Made by a program: the position numbers and the translations under genes. From contig NMRA01000407.1 in the NCBI GenBank assembly GCA_002633005.1, forward strand, positions 62,001 through 126,000: 64,000 nucleotides of DNA, given 5' to 3'. Source of the stretch: Phoronis australis (taxonomy: Eukaryota; Animalia; Phoronida). Below, piece by piece: positions 26,501-39,178 of the stretch. The notes below the pieces were generated by a model. That model was not told the DNA's origin and did not search any database. It saw nothing but the letters and a program-made list of their open reading frames with translations. Numbering within the stretch: the stretch's first letter is position 1; every line of letters begins with the position of its first letter.

Positions 26501-29500
26501 ATACCTACCCCGCTTCCCTGAAGTGTACGCTGCTTTCTTCAATATCTCCAAAGCGACTGAACAGTGACCTCAAGTCCTTGCGTGTGAAATTAGACGGGAT
26601 CTTGCCAATGTAAACTATCCTTCTCTCCTCCTGAATAAAAACACCCATTGGTTTACGTGAAAGCCCTCACTACTCAATGCAACAACTACGATGAATTACA
26701 GAAAACATTTCCTTTGCCACAAGTTGCTGCTGAGGCGGCCATGTATCTCTTTTAGTGTTTTGAGCTCGGGATTTTCCCACTTGGGAGAACCAGGTTCAAA
26801 TCCTGGATACATTGACAACTGAGCACTGTACCAAAGTGCCTCACACTCCTCAGAGCTGCGAGACAGCAGTCCTGTATACAGGCGAGAACCCAGGAGGGAT
26901 GTATAGCAATTAACTGTTTTGCAGAGCCTTCATTGGTCGCTTCCTGCAGCCCCGATACTAGTGGATAAAAGCAAATGAAAATAAGAATCTGGATAAGATT
27001 TCAAGGACGATGTCAACATTTACAGATACTTCAACTTAAAGGAGTACATCCTCTCACAAGTGACCACTTACAAAGTCTTCATGCTTAAACGGTCTCTATC
27101 AATTAGTGATGACTTCCAGGACATGATTACAAACCACCCACAATGCTTTGCGAAAGGTGCTGGTACTTTCAACCATGCACAGGATATTGGAAGGCCTGGT
27201 CTTTACTTTTCCTTCATGAGTTTTCTAATGTTAACCACAGAAATATTATATACACACAATACCCTTAAACAAAATCAATAGTTCTCTCAGCACACAACTG
27301 GAGATAAAAAACCTATCCCTTTTGAAGAAAATTTTCTCGTACCAACTCAACAATGATACCACTTACAATCTGTCTGCGTTTTTCCGCTTCTCGTTTGCGT
27401 TCCATGTCTTGGTAGCGACGTTCAAAGGACAGAGAACGATCTCTGCTGCTTCTCTGCCTTCGCAGTAATGGAGACCGTGACCTTGAACGTGACCTGAAAC
27501 GGAAAATAAATAAGTTGAAAATAGTATATCTTTGGACTATAGTTTGGTCCATTTCAATTTCAGTTGGTAGCATTAAATGGCGAATTACCATAAAAAGTTG
27601 AAGAATATTTCAATGCCTAAATAGCAAGTGTTATGAGTGTAACAATTTATGGACAGCAAGAAATTATTCAACAGGAGAGCGAAAGCCAAAATATTTATTA
27701 CCACTCGATAAATTAGGATTAACCTTAATCTACTCCACACGCTTATCAATCAGAGCCGGTCAAGAAGTCCAAAGTGGTCCACAGTAATGTGGATTGGTGG
27801 AGGCAAGCTCTGAACAGAACAGAAAAGTTTTGTCCAAGAAGAAATGTTTTGATTGCCAAGTTCAATAGGAAATAGCTTTGAACAAGCAGCAAAGCAAGTA
27901 ATTTCCTTATTTCACTCGCTAGTAAATTTAGTAAATGAAACTTAACTACACCAAGTATCCTGTTGGTCAGCCAGACAAGCAAGACACTGGCATCTAATCT
28001 CGCTATCTAATATCATTGGTTGTGTGAATCAATTAGCAAGCAGAATTTCACACAACGCAATTTGAGTGCCAACAAAACAGGCGAGAGTTAACAACTGTGA
28101 CTGCCAATAGTCCATTTTGAATATCTATATTGCACTAAATTCACCAAGGCAGAAAATTTTTTTCACAAGACGGCAAGTCTACTCAACCATCTTTCTCAGT
28201 TTGACCGCAAACCCAGATAGAAGAAAATGTCCCAATTAATGTTTTTAAATACTCGAATGCGTCACTTGAAATTCACTTTGTTAACACACACCTGGCTGTA
28301 GGATTTAAGTATACATGAAAACAATTGTCTGTCAATTAAGATGAATTATAGCAGCCATAGTAACTATGACAGCAACAAACCTTGAACTTGAACTGGATGA
28401 ATAAGACCTGCGCCTTCTACTTCGTCGGTGAGACCGACCTCTAGAGTGTGACCTTGACCTATCTCGAGATGAACGCTGACTAGAATACTTGGAGGAACGT
28501 CGTTTCACAGGAGATGGACTACGTGACATTGATCGACATGGTGATCGTGATCGACTACGAGAGCTACAAGAGAGTGACGACTGTGAATTTGAACGAGACC
28601 TTGACGGAGCTCTTGAGTCAATGACTAGTGGAGTATTGCTTCGGCTGGATTGCACACTGGTTATGTTGATGTGAGAGTTGTCGTACTTACTAGAGTTTGT
28701 GAAACAGTTGTGGTAGGCCGGTAGTTTATTGAACACCTGCTGGGTGTTGTCACGCTCTGGGGAAGGGTCCCGGTCTGGCAACGAATCATTCGTCTGCATA
28801 TTGATGGCAGCACCGCTCTTTGCGGGTGTGATAGGAAGTGACAGAGCAGAGTAATATTTGGGGATTCTGTCGTAATACTGTACATCATCATCAAAGGCTG
28901 CCTCCTGCTGACGTTTGCGATAGCTCCGCCTTTTCAAGTCACTGTACTTTTTGAAAAACTCTGACTGACCACGCTCTTTCTGAAACTTTGAGTAGCGTGG
29001 CGTTAAGCTGTCTTCATCAACGTCATTGTCCTCATCTTCGGAACTATTCTCTGTCGCATTGGTCTCACCGTCTTCGTCTACCTGTTTGGGAAAGTTCTGA
29101 CAATAATCGTGGTCCCCTATCCTGTCATAGTATTTTTCACTCACTTCGACTAATTCAACTTCTTGTCCTTCAGTGATCTTATCACCTTGTGCACAGTCGA
29201 CATTCTCATCAACTGAGTTACTGCTAACCACTTTCTGTAACGTTTTCACGGCCAGATGAAAGCCCAGGGGCTGGGCCCGACCCCTCCCCCGTTTGGCTGG
29301 AGCTCCGAGGGGCAACATGATGGCCGATTTACGCTTTGTGCCCGATTTGATCCTTTCTATGACATCAGAAGTACGATCTATAGAGGACGGAGCCTGTGAT
29401 TTACCCGCTGAGTCTGCAACAACAAGGTAAATGAACCAGACAAACAAACAATGCTGTGAAGATGGTAAATACAGCAACTAGTATGCTATTTTCCCACCCA

Positions 29501-32500
29501 ACCGAAACAAAGGGTTGCATACCCAATCCTAATACCTTTGCAAACCAGTTCTGGCCACACACACGGGTCAATATAATTGTGTAAACGTCTTACAAACAAG
29601 GGAAAGCTAAAATGCACTCAGTGTTTCAGTGTATGAATGATTCCATTTGAACACAAAGTTCATTGACTTTCAACTACATGAGACTTACTGCAAATTTTTG
29701 CAGAGACTTTTCTAAAACATGGTTCCCTGTAACCCAATTTCACTGCAACCAAATCGAATGGTTTACTGTTGTACAGCTAGCTATTGTGTCACGAAACATA
29801 ATAAGCAGGTAAACAGTTAATACAGTGGAGCACACCCAATAATACGATATCATGGTTATTGCCATGAAATGTCAAATAACTGAATCACTTCCCATTTAAC
29901 CCAATATAAAACAACCCACAATATGTCATCAACTAATGCCATGTTACAGCAAAAAGCGATAATAAAATCAGTACAATTGATTCTCAGCCACTAATTAGCA
30001 CGCCTACTTTCGCTTTTCTGTCTAAAAACTAACCCAATTGCCTTATCGGATCTCGGCACCAGAGGTCAGTCATTTCCTGTTTACCTCTGTTTACTGTGAC
30101 CATCCCATTTAGTATTGTTAGCTTTGAGGAATGATCACGATCAGCGCCAAGTTAAAACCCACTTATTTGGAATATCCTGCTTATTATCATAATTTATGTC
30201 CAGTACGAGGGTATGACATTAAACGGGCTCGACCGTACCAGCTTCACTGCAACAAAAGCCAACTGTGGCGTGTTCTGAGAGCTTAAAAATACAGACCTGC
30301 AGGTGTGGATGCTTCATTGGCAGGTGACACATTGAAATCATCCAGACCATTGGAAGCTGGAAAAGAATACAAATAGCCCATCAACCAACTTCTTCAATCA
30401 AACTCTTCATCAAACTCAGGCCAAGCTTCTGGTTTAAAATCTCACTCAATTTAGGACATAACACAGTGGAAAAGTGTAAATTCTCATTTTTTTTCATAAA
30501 AGATATGTAACACCGAAATAATGCTTTTTCATGCCAAGGTTTGTACCCCAGTTGACATCAGACAACAAATTGACAATCACAACAATGTTAGAAGACTTTT
30601 GAACAACAAAAAAGGTCCATTTTGGAAATTATTAAATTGGAAACATTTTACCATACTGTTCACAATCATTCTCATTTTCATGAGTTTAAGATCCTCTCGA
30701 CCTTCTTCCACTCAAAAGCGCATTTATTTTAAATACTTTTGCAGGTCAAATGCTGGTGTTCGTCTGCGCAGTATGATGAAATAAAACAATTGTTTTCCAA
30801 CAACTGACTGAGACTGTATTTCGTTTCATCAGTGTTTTACATAATCATAACACTTGCAATCAGAAAAATAATGAATCGCAAAAAATATTTTTGCATAAAA
30901 TTTTCGTGCCCAGACACTTCAAAGCTGACAAAATGTATACGTACTCACACAGATGTTAAGGAGTGCATGGCGGATCATTTTTTGCAGTGTATGGTTTCAA
31001 ATAATAACGAAATGTCATTTTTTAACTACTTCTCATCAGAAACAAGTCGAGATAAGTTTTATAGGTAGTACCAGGAAGAGATAACCAGGAAGGGACAACT
31101 GTTTTAGCGCATTTTAACGTGATTTCAAACGTGATTTCAAAAGTAAATGTTCAAGTTATCTGGAATCCAAGCATTATTTTTGAAAGATTAACTCTTCAGC
31201 TATAAAATGACACCACTTTGGTCCTCAAAGACTGCATATTACTGGCACTAGGATGCTTTGAACGTGACATGTTTACCCTTCCAAAAGATGCTTCTTCCCA
31301 GGCATGTACTCGGGCATGAGCCTCTTTTTTGAACCAACAGATGTCACTAACATATGCAAATGAGGCTCGCATCGCTACGTCATACGACGTCATACGNTTC
31401 CTGGTAGTACCTTGTCTAAATCAAGCAGTTGAGTTTTTTCTTTATCCCAAATGTGGGTTTACCACTTAAAATAACCATTCCACAGAAGTAAACCACACTG
31501 TTTTCTATGCTTGAGATTCCTGTTTTGCAGGAGCAAGGCTCGAGTTTGTAGGTGTGAGGTGACACATTTCCACACACTTGTGTCCAAGACATGTTTTGTA
31601 GGTGTGAGGTGAATGTTTACAGACACATTTCCACACACTTGTGTCCAAGACATGTTTTGTTACATCTACTCAACAACACTTTGAGGAATTTTCAAATGAG
31701 CCTTTAAACACTTTGCAAAGCCACAAAATGATAATTCTTCCAGTTCTTCTAAACAAACTCGCAAGACAGATCTTAACAAAGTAAAAAGTGTGCCTGCATC
31801 ATTGCCTCATTGTCCGTATTATCATTTCCTTCCAGTTCCAGTGGCTTTAGCATGTGGAACCACCTTTTTACTGCAACTTCTTTTGTTCCATTCTCTTCAA
31901 TCCCAATCCCAAGTTCCAGTTCATCAAAACAGTGTGTCTGGGACATTGCAACGTCAAAACTCCAAGTTACATTCATTCTGTATATTCCAGGTCACACTGG
32001 TGCTGGAACCTGGGACTACTTGAACTCATTTTCATTTCAGTTTGCAAACAACAGAAAAGTTCAATGTGACGCCATTTGTAATATTTTGATTGACAGGAGT
32101 CAGTAAACATACATATGTCTATATATACACACAAGTACATGTGAATGAGACGAACTGACACTTGTGAAGGCACTGTAAGGGAGCGGGGCAAATGCCACGT
32201 CTCTAGCTGACCAATCAAATGGGTTTTCCACCATATAAACAACAATCTTAAGAATGAAACTATGAACCTGATACTATAGAGCTAGGGCACAAGTATGACA
32301 GATATATAATATCACTGGATCCAAGATCAAAGTTCCAAGAAAACGAAACAATTGAAATTACTTTTAAGAACATGGTTCCAGATACTAACGTCACAGACTG
32401 GAAGCTGGACTGTAATGACGATAGGCGGACATATGGGAATTCAGTTACCTTCTTCAAACTGATCCAACAGACTGTACAAGTCGTGCGCCTCAATACCAAC

Positions 32501-33702
32501 GTTGACCACCGGGGCACTGCTGGAGCCCTCACTGGGCACACGGGACCTGCAGGACACCGATGTGTTCTCAAAGTCTGTGCTAACGTCCAGATTGAACATG
32601 GGGCTAGCGTAGTAATCGTCCATCGTCTGGACGACAACTTTCTGAGGCTGAAATTTTCAAAAAGAAACACTTTTAGAAGAAATGGATATCTATTGCACCT
32701 CTTCTCTGTGTCTGCTGAGCAACAAAATTACGTGTTCATCACCAAGCATGTACTTCACTGTGATTACAACGATTGTGCAATGCTTTCACAGTGAGTGTTT
32801 CTTCATTGGTTCAAGTACAGCGGGATCTGCCCAACAAAAATATCAGCCATGCTCCCACCAACGAACACCAACATACTGTGGAACGAAAGACAGAGACAGA
32901 GACGAAGGCGCTATATACTCATCATGTATGTTGTTGCATAAGTCAGCAGTGTCAATACTGATCAACTGATAAACCATCATATATGTATTCTTGATTTGAC
33001 TGCAGCTCTGGATTTGGTGAGTTTCAGGTTGCCAACAGGACCTCAGATTGTATTTGGCGACCTGAGAAAAATTCCAAGTCGCCACTGCGAGCATCAGTCA
33101 GTTATTCTCCAAAAATTCGTTTCAAAGTTTGTATAGAATAAATTTTAAATAACTAACAGTTTTCCTAGAGTTAATACCTTTGGTTCACAATATTGCTTCG
33201 TTTATTTCGTGAAATCAGTGCATATGCCACCAAAACAGTCAGCACGCACTTAAGTTAGAACAGGAACTAAACAGACGGGAGTCGGAATTGTAAGTCAAAA
33301 TCAGACAAGATTAGTGAAGTACATGCCACCAGTGTGTGTCATTGTCTGTGTTCCTTGTTTGTCACTGGCGGGAGGAATAAGTTGGACAGAATTTGGAGAG
33401 GTACTCGAGCGATACTGTGGAGCACATTATGATCGTACAAACTTTTCTGTCGATCAAATTCTACAATGAGCCGGCAACCTCGGATTTCATTCGGGTCCTG
33501 GTATTTTCAGTTTTGGCGATCTCAGATTTCATTTGGCAACCTGGGATTTTGCCAAGTCGGCAAGTACAACTTGGCGTTACGCTAAACGTCGAGCACTAGA
33601 CTGTTATACAGGTTATATCTAGAAAGTATTGCTAATATCTTAACTGCGATGTTAATTCTCATTATATATATTTTTGGAGCTTACCTCCGAGGCGATGTCC
33701 AT
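23510..33702 (-). CDS. PPRC1: PGC-1 family coactivator (PPRC1/PPARGC1/spargel homologue), ~605 aa
   Basis: Exons (-) 33702-33685, 32647-32449 (LYSLLDQFEE), 30356-30297, 29413-28381 (DHDYCQ motif, RS domain), 27493-27367, 26630-26509 (EERRIVYIGKI RRM), 26142-26084 (DNYGFVTF), 25127-25041 (YDLCFGGRRHFC..YADL), 23622-23510 (FDDLLQQA..stop). Phases are consistent. Start tentative; upstream exon at 34807-34745. The symbol marks the family, not a specific vertebrate paralogue. Confidence 0.9.
23670..24160 (-). mobile_element. Degenerate HINE-like copy in the last PGC-1 intron
   Basis: Minus strand GTGGGCACATATCAACGCTCC resembles the 3' end of the 9040 element; core motifs CCGCTAGGGG and GCCAATTTTCATGAAGATCTATCAAG. 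Confidence 0.5.
24359..24927 (-). mobile_element. piggyBac-like non-autonomous element, copy 2
   Basis: TTAAACCCTATCCTGC left end and CAGGATAAGGGTTAA right end; homologous to 12196-12780. Confidence 0.75.
26171..26240. repeat. 10-bp tandem repeat A(G/T)ACTAGACA x7
   Basis: Directly visible, ~30 bp from the PGC-1 exon 26142 acceptor. Confidence 0.95.
26725..26990 (+). mobile_element. Possible degenerate tRNA-derived SINE
   Basis: B-box-like GGTTCAAATCC at ~26792 and an A-rich tail; no cloverleaf. Confidence 0.3.
31063..31412. mobile_element. MITE with 15-bp TIR
   Basis: AGGTAGTACCAGGAA and TTCCTGGTAGTACCT match at 14/15. Confidence 0.55.
31545..31660. repeat. ~50-bp tandem duplication
   Basis: TTTGTAGGTGTGAGGTGA..CACATTTCCACACACTTGTGTCCAAGACATGTTTTGT occurs twice. 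Confidence 0.9.
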
Positions 33703-34276
33703 AACTACGGTACACAGGACCTTCAAGACTAAAAAATAAAAAGGCAACATCAAAAATTGCAAATTATTGCAGCCAGATAAAGAATATGTAAACAACTGAA
33801 TGCATCTTGGAATGTCCCTCCTGCCACTACATGGTCACACAAAACCGTAAACTGTGAAACTGAATCAACAGCACACGTATGTAATACTAATAGTGAAACT
33901 ACATGCAGGGCCCTCGGTCAACTCGGCGGAAATGTGGCTGCGCTTTTTGGCTGCGCATTCTGATAAGGAATGGTGTTGAATTAGGTGCAGTGTTCTCCAC
34001 AACAAAACAAAACAAAAGTATTAGAAATGAACAGTGACTGGCATTCTCAGTAGTGCAAAAGTAAGTGTACATTTATCTGCCTTGTCACCCAATATTTGGG
34101 TTTAATTCCGTATCAGTGAGCTACGAACAGCTGATGTTTTGAAACAGCTGTGAAGTAGCAAATTCCAATTTTCTTTGAGAACCGCTGTTTGTGAAAACCG
34201 CAAGAACAGCCAACACACTAGCCTTGGTACAAAGTTGTATACTGAATAGACATCAACAGTTCCCTAGGGTGTCAAT

Positions 34277-34680
34277 GTTGCTGCCTAAACTGATGTCGGT
34301 GCCAAACTGAGTTGGCGCACTTTAAGTTTGCATGGGTTGGTGAGCCAAACCGATGTCTGCGCCATACTGAAGTTACCATGTATGCAGGTCATAAGGATTA
34401 ATTACATGGGGGAAGTGTCCTGAGAAACTATTACGTACTACCCTGGACTCATTGTCGTCAATTTTGGTTCTGATAACTGCAAAACAACCCTAAACCACTA
34501 ACAGTAATTTGGAAACTTACGATAGCTTTAGTTTGGCGCAGGCCTCAGTTTGGCTCACCAACCCGTGCCAAACTGAAGTGCGCCAAACTGAAGTGCACCA
34601 AACTGAAGTGCGCCAAACTGAAGTGCACGAAATTGAAGTGCGCCAAATCAGTTAGCTACAGGCATCAGCTTGGGCTGCAA
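34277..34680. mobile_element. MITE with long imperfect TIRs; 15-bp tandem expansion (CCAAACTGAAGTGCG) in the right arm
   Basis: GGGTTGGTGAGCCAAAC vs GTTTGGCTCACCAACCC; five 15-mers at 34568-34645. Confidence 0.7.
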
Positions 34681-35133
34681 TATGCGCAAAACGTACTAAT
34701 AGCAGCATGTCTTTACAGTTTACTTAGTGTGAGGCATAACTCACCTGTGGGATGGCCACCGTCTCTACTGCGGCCAGTTGAGATGGTGGCAATGTCTAGC
34801 TTGATTTCTGAAAGACAGTGCCAGGGGATATGATGTCATATCTCCTGAAGCGAGCAGTGTAAAAATGGCCAGTTGCCGATTCTGGCGACTGAACAAAGGA
34901 CTGCTCGAAGAAAAAGTTTAATTATGGGAGTATATTTGTTTGAGTTGGAAGGAATTAAAGAATCGACGGCCTCCTAAGGTGTCTCTCTATGCACAAAAGG
35001 TACTAATAACAGTGTGGGCATAATTTGCCGAAAAGCTCACAGCATATGAAGCTCCTATAAGACGGGGCCAGCTAGAGATGACGGTAGTCACTAGACGCTG
35101 TCTATTGTCTACATTTCCCAACAGGCGTTGTTG

Positions 35134-36169
35134 TGTCACGTAGGTTCATTCTGCCTCACTCTCCCTTCCTGGACTAGTTTTTAAGTATCTCGTTAGATGT
35201 CGCTATGAGATTGCCATTATGGACGCCGAATGCTCGGCACAGTTTATATTGGGAGTTATTTTACGTAGTTATTCCCAGAATTTGGCCTTGTTACAGAGGA
35301 TAGTAGTAGTTTGTTATTTAGTCACATTCCCTTCCGTTCTTGTAAGTATTTGTCTTAGTGTTCTCGTAATTTCCGTACTGTAGGTTTATTTGCAGTCCTT
35401 TCGATCTGCCATTGTTTGTTACCGATTTTGCAAGAAGCGTCATTGTGGTGCATTTCACTACTAGTTTCAGAGTATTTAACTTTCGTTGTTGTTTATTTAG
35501 ATTCGGGAATTCGCAGTATTAGTGCAGTATTTTCAGTACCTGTTCTCCAGATATTTCTAGATATTTCTTTGGTGTAGCTCGGTCTCTTTAGAAATTATCT
35601 CCCCTGTATTTCATTGTCTTGTGTGGGGTTGTTTTATCTTCCTCTTTCATGCGCTTGTATGCCTTGTAAATGGCACAGCATACTGACATTGCTCATTGTT
35701 TTCTTTCAGTTTTCACCATACAGCTTACAATAAATAATTCACTTCTGGAATTGTTGTAATACTATAGCGGAGTTGCAACCGAATCGATTTAACGATTGCG
35801 CATGTCCGGAAATTAGGGTGCGCAAAGGCTATTGGGATTGATAAGGGTAAATGGAATGGCCGATTGGTCTGCATGACGTGTGATTTGTGTGCATTAAACT
35901 ACGCTGCTGTATGCAATTCTGCCGCTATTCGCCCTAATAAGCGCCCATGCCCCAACAAGTGCCCCAACGCGTTTTCAGACTTTGCTAAAGTAAGCGCCCA
36001 GCCCATGAACTACATGCGAAAAATGCCCTTACCTACAGTTCTAACGTCTCCAATTTATCAATTGAACATACTTGTATACCGGCTTAACCACAATGCAACA
36101 TTCTGACCCATTTCCAATATGGCGGCGTTGCAACTCCGCTATTGGTGACACCCCTGCTCCTACGTGACA
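35134..36169 (+). mobile_element. Probable solo LTR interrupted by nested MITEs
   Basis: TG..CA ends forming an 11-bp inverted repeat (TGTCACGTAGG / CCTACGTGACA). AATAAA at ~35729 lies ~55 bp from the end once the nested insert is removed. No TSD seen. Confidence 0.5.
35764..36142. mobile_element. MITE with perfect 16-bp TIR ATAGCGGAGTTGCAAC, containing a pogo-like MITE fragment
   Basis: TIRs at 35764 and 36127-36142; the segment 35920-36020 is homologous to 43385-43488. Confidence 0.75.
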
Positions 36170-36170
36170 G

Positions 36171-36396
36171 GACAGGCGTCCTCAGCTTCTGATCGTCCCC
36201 AATACACTATACACATAATAGCCGAGATTACCCGACTTCAAGAATCTAACCAGCGACCATTCAACTAATAGGCAATTGTCCGTTAGTGAGTGGCTAACAT
36301 AGGCTCATATATGATTCACTGGAATTCCTAGTCCCGAGTGTCATACCTTGTAGTATTGTATGTATTGGGGACCATCAGAAGCTGAGGATGCCTGTT
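36171..36396. mobile_element. MITE of the CACAGGCGTCCTCAGCTTCTGATCG family
   Basis: Inverted termini CAGGCGTCCTCAGCTTCTGATCGTCCCCAATAC and GTATTGGGGACCATCAGAAGCTGAGGATGCCTG. Confidence 0.8.
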
Positions 36397-37459
36397 CATT
36401 TCCCCACACCATGCCCAAGGCAATTACATCGCCCTGGATGCCGCAGGCATACAGGGGTGATAGCACATCCCCACAAAAAGTTACGAATTTCAAAATACAC
36501 GAAATAGAATCAAATGAATCATGCATATGTGCACATGGAGTTATAAACAACTCATATATGAAATCACGCATGTTGACGAATAAAAAGTTGAGGAACACAA
36601 ATCTTACAAATTTCACCTAGTTGATACCTTCTCATGCTATTTTTCAAGTGTCACACGCTAGCGTCAAACGCTTCGCGCAGTCTCGCTCTAGCCTTTGCCT
36701 AACTCACGTGATATACTTTGTGGTTACTGCGCGCATGGTGAAAAAGTTAAAAGCAAACAAAAATGTGGAGTTGGAATTCTTCGCCAAAGTCACCATGTCC
36801 ATGGCATAATTCTCACAACTAAGCTTCATCAAAGCTAAGCAAGGACCAATGAAGAAAGTAAACTTGTGCTTTTTTAAGTGATACTTTCAAATGTGGAACG
36901 TATTTTTGACGAGGTGAAAACTCAAAATCGGTGGCCGGATTTGGCCTACCGCCCGTTTAAAATACATGGAACAAAATGCGTGCAGAAAGCGATGGAAAGG
37001 CCTAACAGCCCTAACACCGGCCAACCGAGGCGCTACGTGTTCACAATTAAAATGGGCCTACTGTCTCGTCATTCTTACTAGTATCAGTAACCGAATAATG
37101 GTAATTTTGTTAGCACCGGTAGTATTTGCTTTATTCAAGAAAGAGTGTATTAATGGCATTATGTTTGTGTCAGAATAGTTGGCCATTTTTCTTACTCACG
37201 GCGCAGGGTTCCTAAAACTTCAAAGTTCAACACGTCATGCGGCAACCAACCCAAATCCAACTCCAACGTTGTATAAACTACCACAGTTTTATATCATGGC
37301 GAGTGCGGTTAAGGCTAAAACCACACTGACATGTTGTATATGTCTATCTCACCTGAAGTAATAGCTCTATCCAGCAAGCTCTGAATGTTATAAGTTACAG
37401 TTTCAATGAAACTCCAAAAGTACTCAACGCAACGTGTTCACCACAAAAAACTTCGCTGA

Positions 37460-37640
37460 CTAAGATCTCGCAAGGTGCGCGAGATCTCGATGTTTCTCGT
37501 CTTGGTTACGCAGCAACAAGCGGCGGCCATGAGTAAACCAAGTTACTGAAGTCTTGAAGAGCATTGTCCGAATGCCGATCACAAACTTAGCCATCTTCTA
37601 TCCGTTCGCTGAAAGGTCGTAATTAAAAAATCAGGTGAGT
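37460..37640. promoter_or_regulatory. Promoter and 5' UTR exon of the C6orf163-like gene (possibly bidirectional)
   Basis: GATCTCGC..GCGAGATC palindrome (TCTCGCGAGA-like), X-box-like GTTACGCAGCAAC at 37505-37517, YY1-like GCGGCCAT, donor CAG|GTGAGT at 37635. Confidence 0.5.
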
Positions 37641-37967
37641 TAGTGCTTAGATACTTTCCAAATTATTGTTTGCCGAATTACCTCTCTGATTTCTTCGGTT
37701 AAGTCATTGTGATTGCGGGATGAAAATGTTCGTTCCTGGCCCGGGTTCTTTAACACTACAGACAGTAAGCAGACTCAACACTCGATCGTAATTGTCACTC
37801 GACTACGGTCGTCACTACTTCTTGCCTTGGCTTGACTGAAGTCAGGCATTAAATGACCATATTTGGCACTGCCATGCTTTTGTTGCACGTGTGGTAAATT
37901 CTGCAGTGAGATTGAGTATGTAATTTTAAGCCAGGCCTGGCTGTCCCAGTAATCACTCACCTCGGGT

Positions 37968-38405
37968 CACAGGCGTCCTCGGCTTCTGATCGTCCCCAAT
38001 ACACTACATATAATACTACAAGGTATGACACTCCCGACTAGAAATTCCACGGGTGCTTCACTTCAGCCGTCCTTAGCTAACATAAAACTCAATAAATTTA
38101 CACAAAACAGGGCCAGGGGTTCAACAAACCATGAAGAATTGTTCTCTCCCAATACCATTCACGGTGTCCTGTTACGGCGACTTCGTAAGAAATTCGCAGT
38201 CAAAGAACAAAAATGTTCACAAAAAGCCCCCACACACTTTCACCCTGGGCCCGTCGAGGTCAAGGATGGTACGGAAATTGCCGGTGAGTTACGGAAGTAC
38301 TCAATAGTTTTTCTACTGGCGGCTAAGTGTAGTTATCGACATCGTGACTTTATGTGACAAACCGGCAATTCCTGTACCGTCCTTGACCTCGACGGGCCCA
38401 GGGTG
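37968..38405 (+). mobile_element. Composite CACAGG-family element with a second ~45-bp-TIR module (38241-38405)
   Basis: First ~285 bp nearly identical to 57579-57855, followed by CACCCTGGGCCCGTCGAGGTCAAGGA ... TCCTTGACCTCGACGGGCCCAGGGTG. Confidence 0.8.
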
Positions 38406-39178
38406 TGGAGATAAATAGGTCAGAAAAGGGAACTGGGGTGTTGCAGGAAGTGGGTATATATGGCTATATCCATTCTCTGAGATATTGAAATTCAAAATGT
38501 GCCCGAGACAGTTGTCTCACCAGTCCACTTACGGTAAGATTTACCCTCTAAAGATGGGCTCAAGCTATTTATCATTTGCATTAGTAGTTAACCTTTCAGG
38601 TCACTGTTTTGGAACAGTGTCTGGTGACTGCAAGAATTACTTTCCACACAGGAAAACATCATGTACGGTACTAGTAAACTAGTCACATCAAACTACTGCA
38701 ACTTCATTATTCCTGGGCCAGAATTTTTGTGCTTCAAAAACAAAATTTGAAGGTTTTACATCATTTTTGCACAAACTTTTAAACATGAAAAAGCAAAAAC
38801 AACCCAAAACAATTATTTCAGTTGAGCCAGGCAGATGTGTGGTTTGTAACTTGAGTCAAGAAACCCAACACGCTCAGCAAAACTATAGCCTCTCACTAGC
38901 ACTGGCGATAACTGAGGAAAGCTGGTATGTGCGTGAGATCAAAGGAGAGCAGTTGCTAGCCATGGACAATAATGTCATTTAAAACGTACTGGAGATGTTT
39001 TATATTTCATATTTCGTGTATTGTATTCCTGTTGTTCTCCATTACAGCTCACCAAATTTTCACAGTCCACAAGGCATGGCCATTTTGTAACTTTGCGACA
39101 CAGCGGTAACTATTTGTGCATGTACTGTACCTTATCTGAATGCAATCGTCTCAAGATAAGGAAGGAAAACAAACCACA

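Noticed and set aside
28489-29176. Short ORFs overlapping the large PGC-1 exon
   Set aside because: Antisense or alternate-frame shadows of RS-rich coding sequence.
37460-37594. Minus-strand ATG ORF (MAKFVIGIR..) as PGC-1 exon 1
   Set aside because: It ends in a stop with no good donor and has no PGC-1 similarity.
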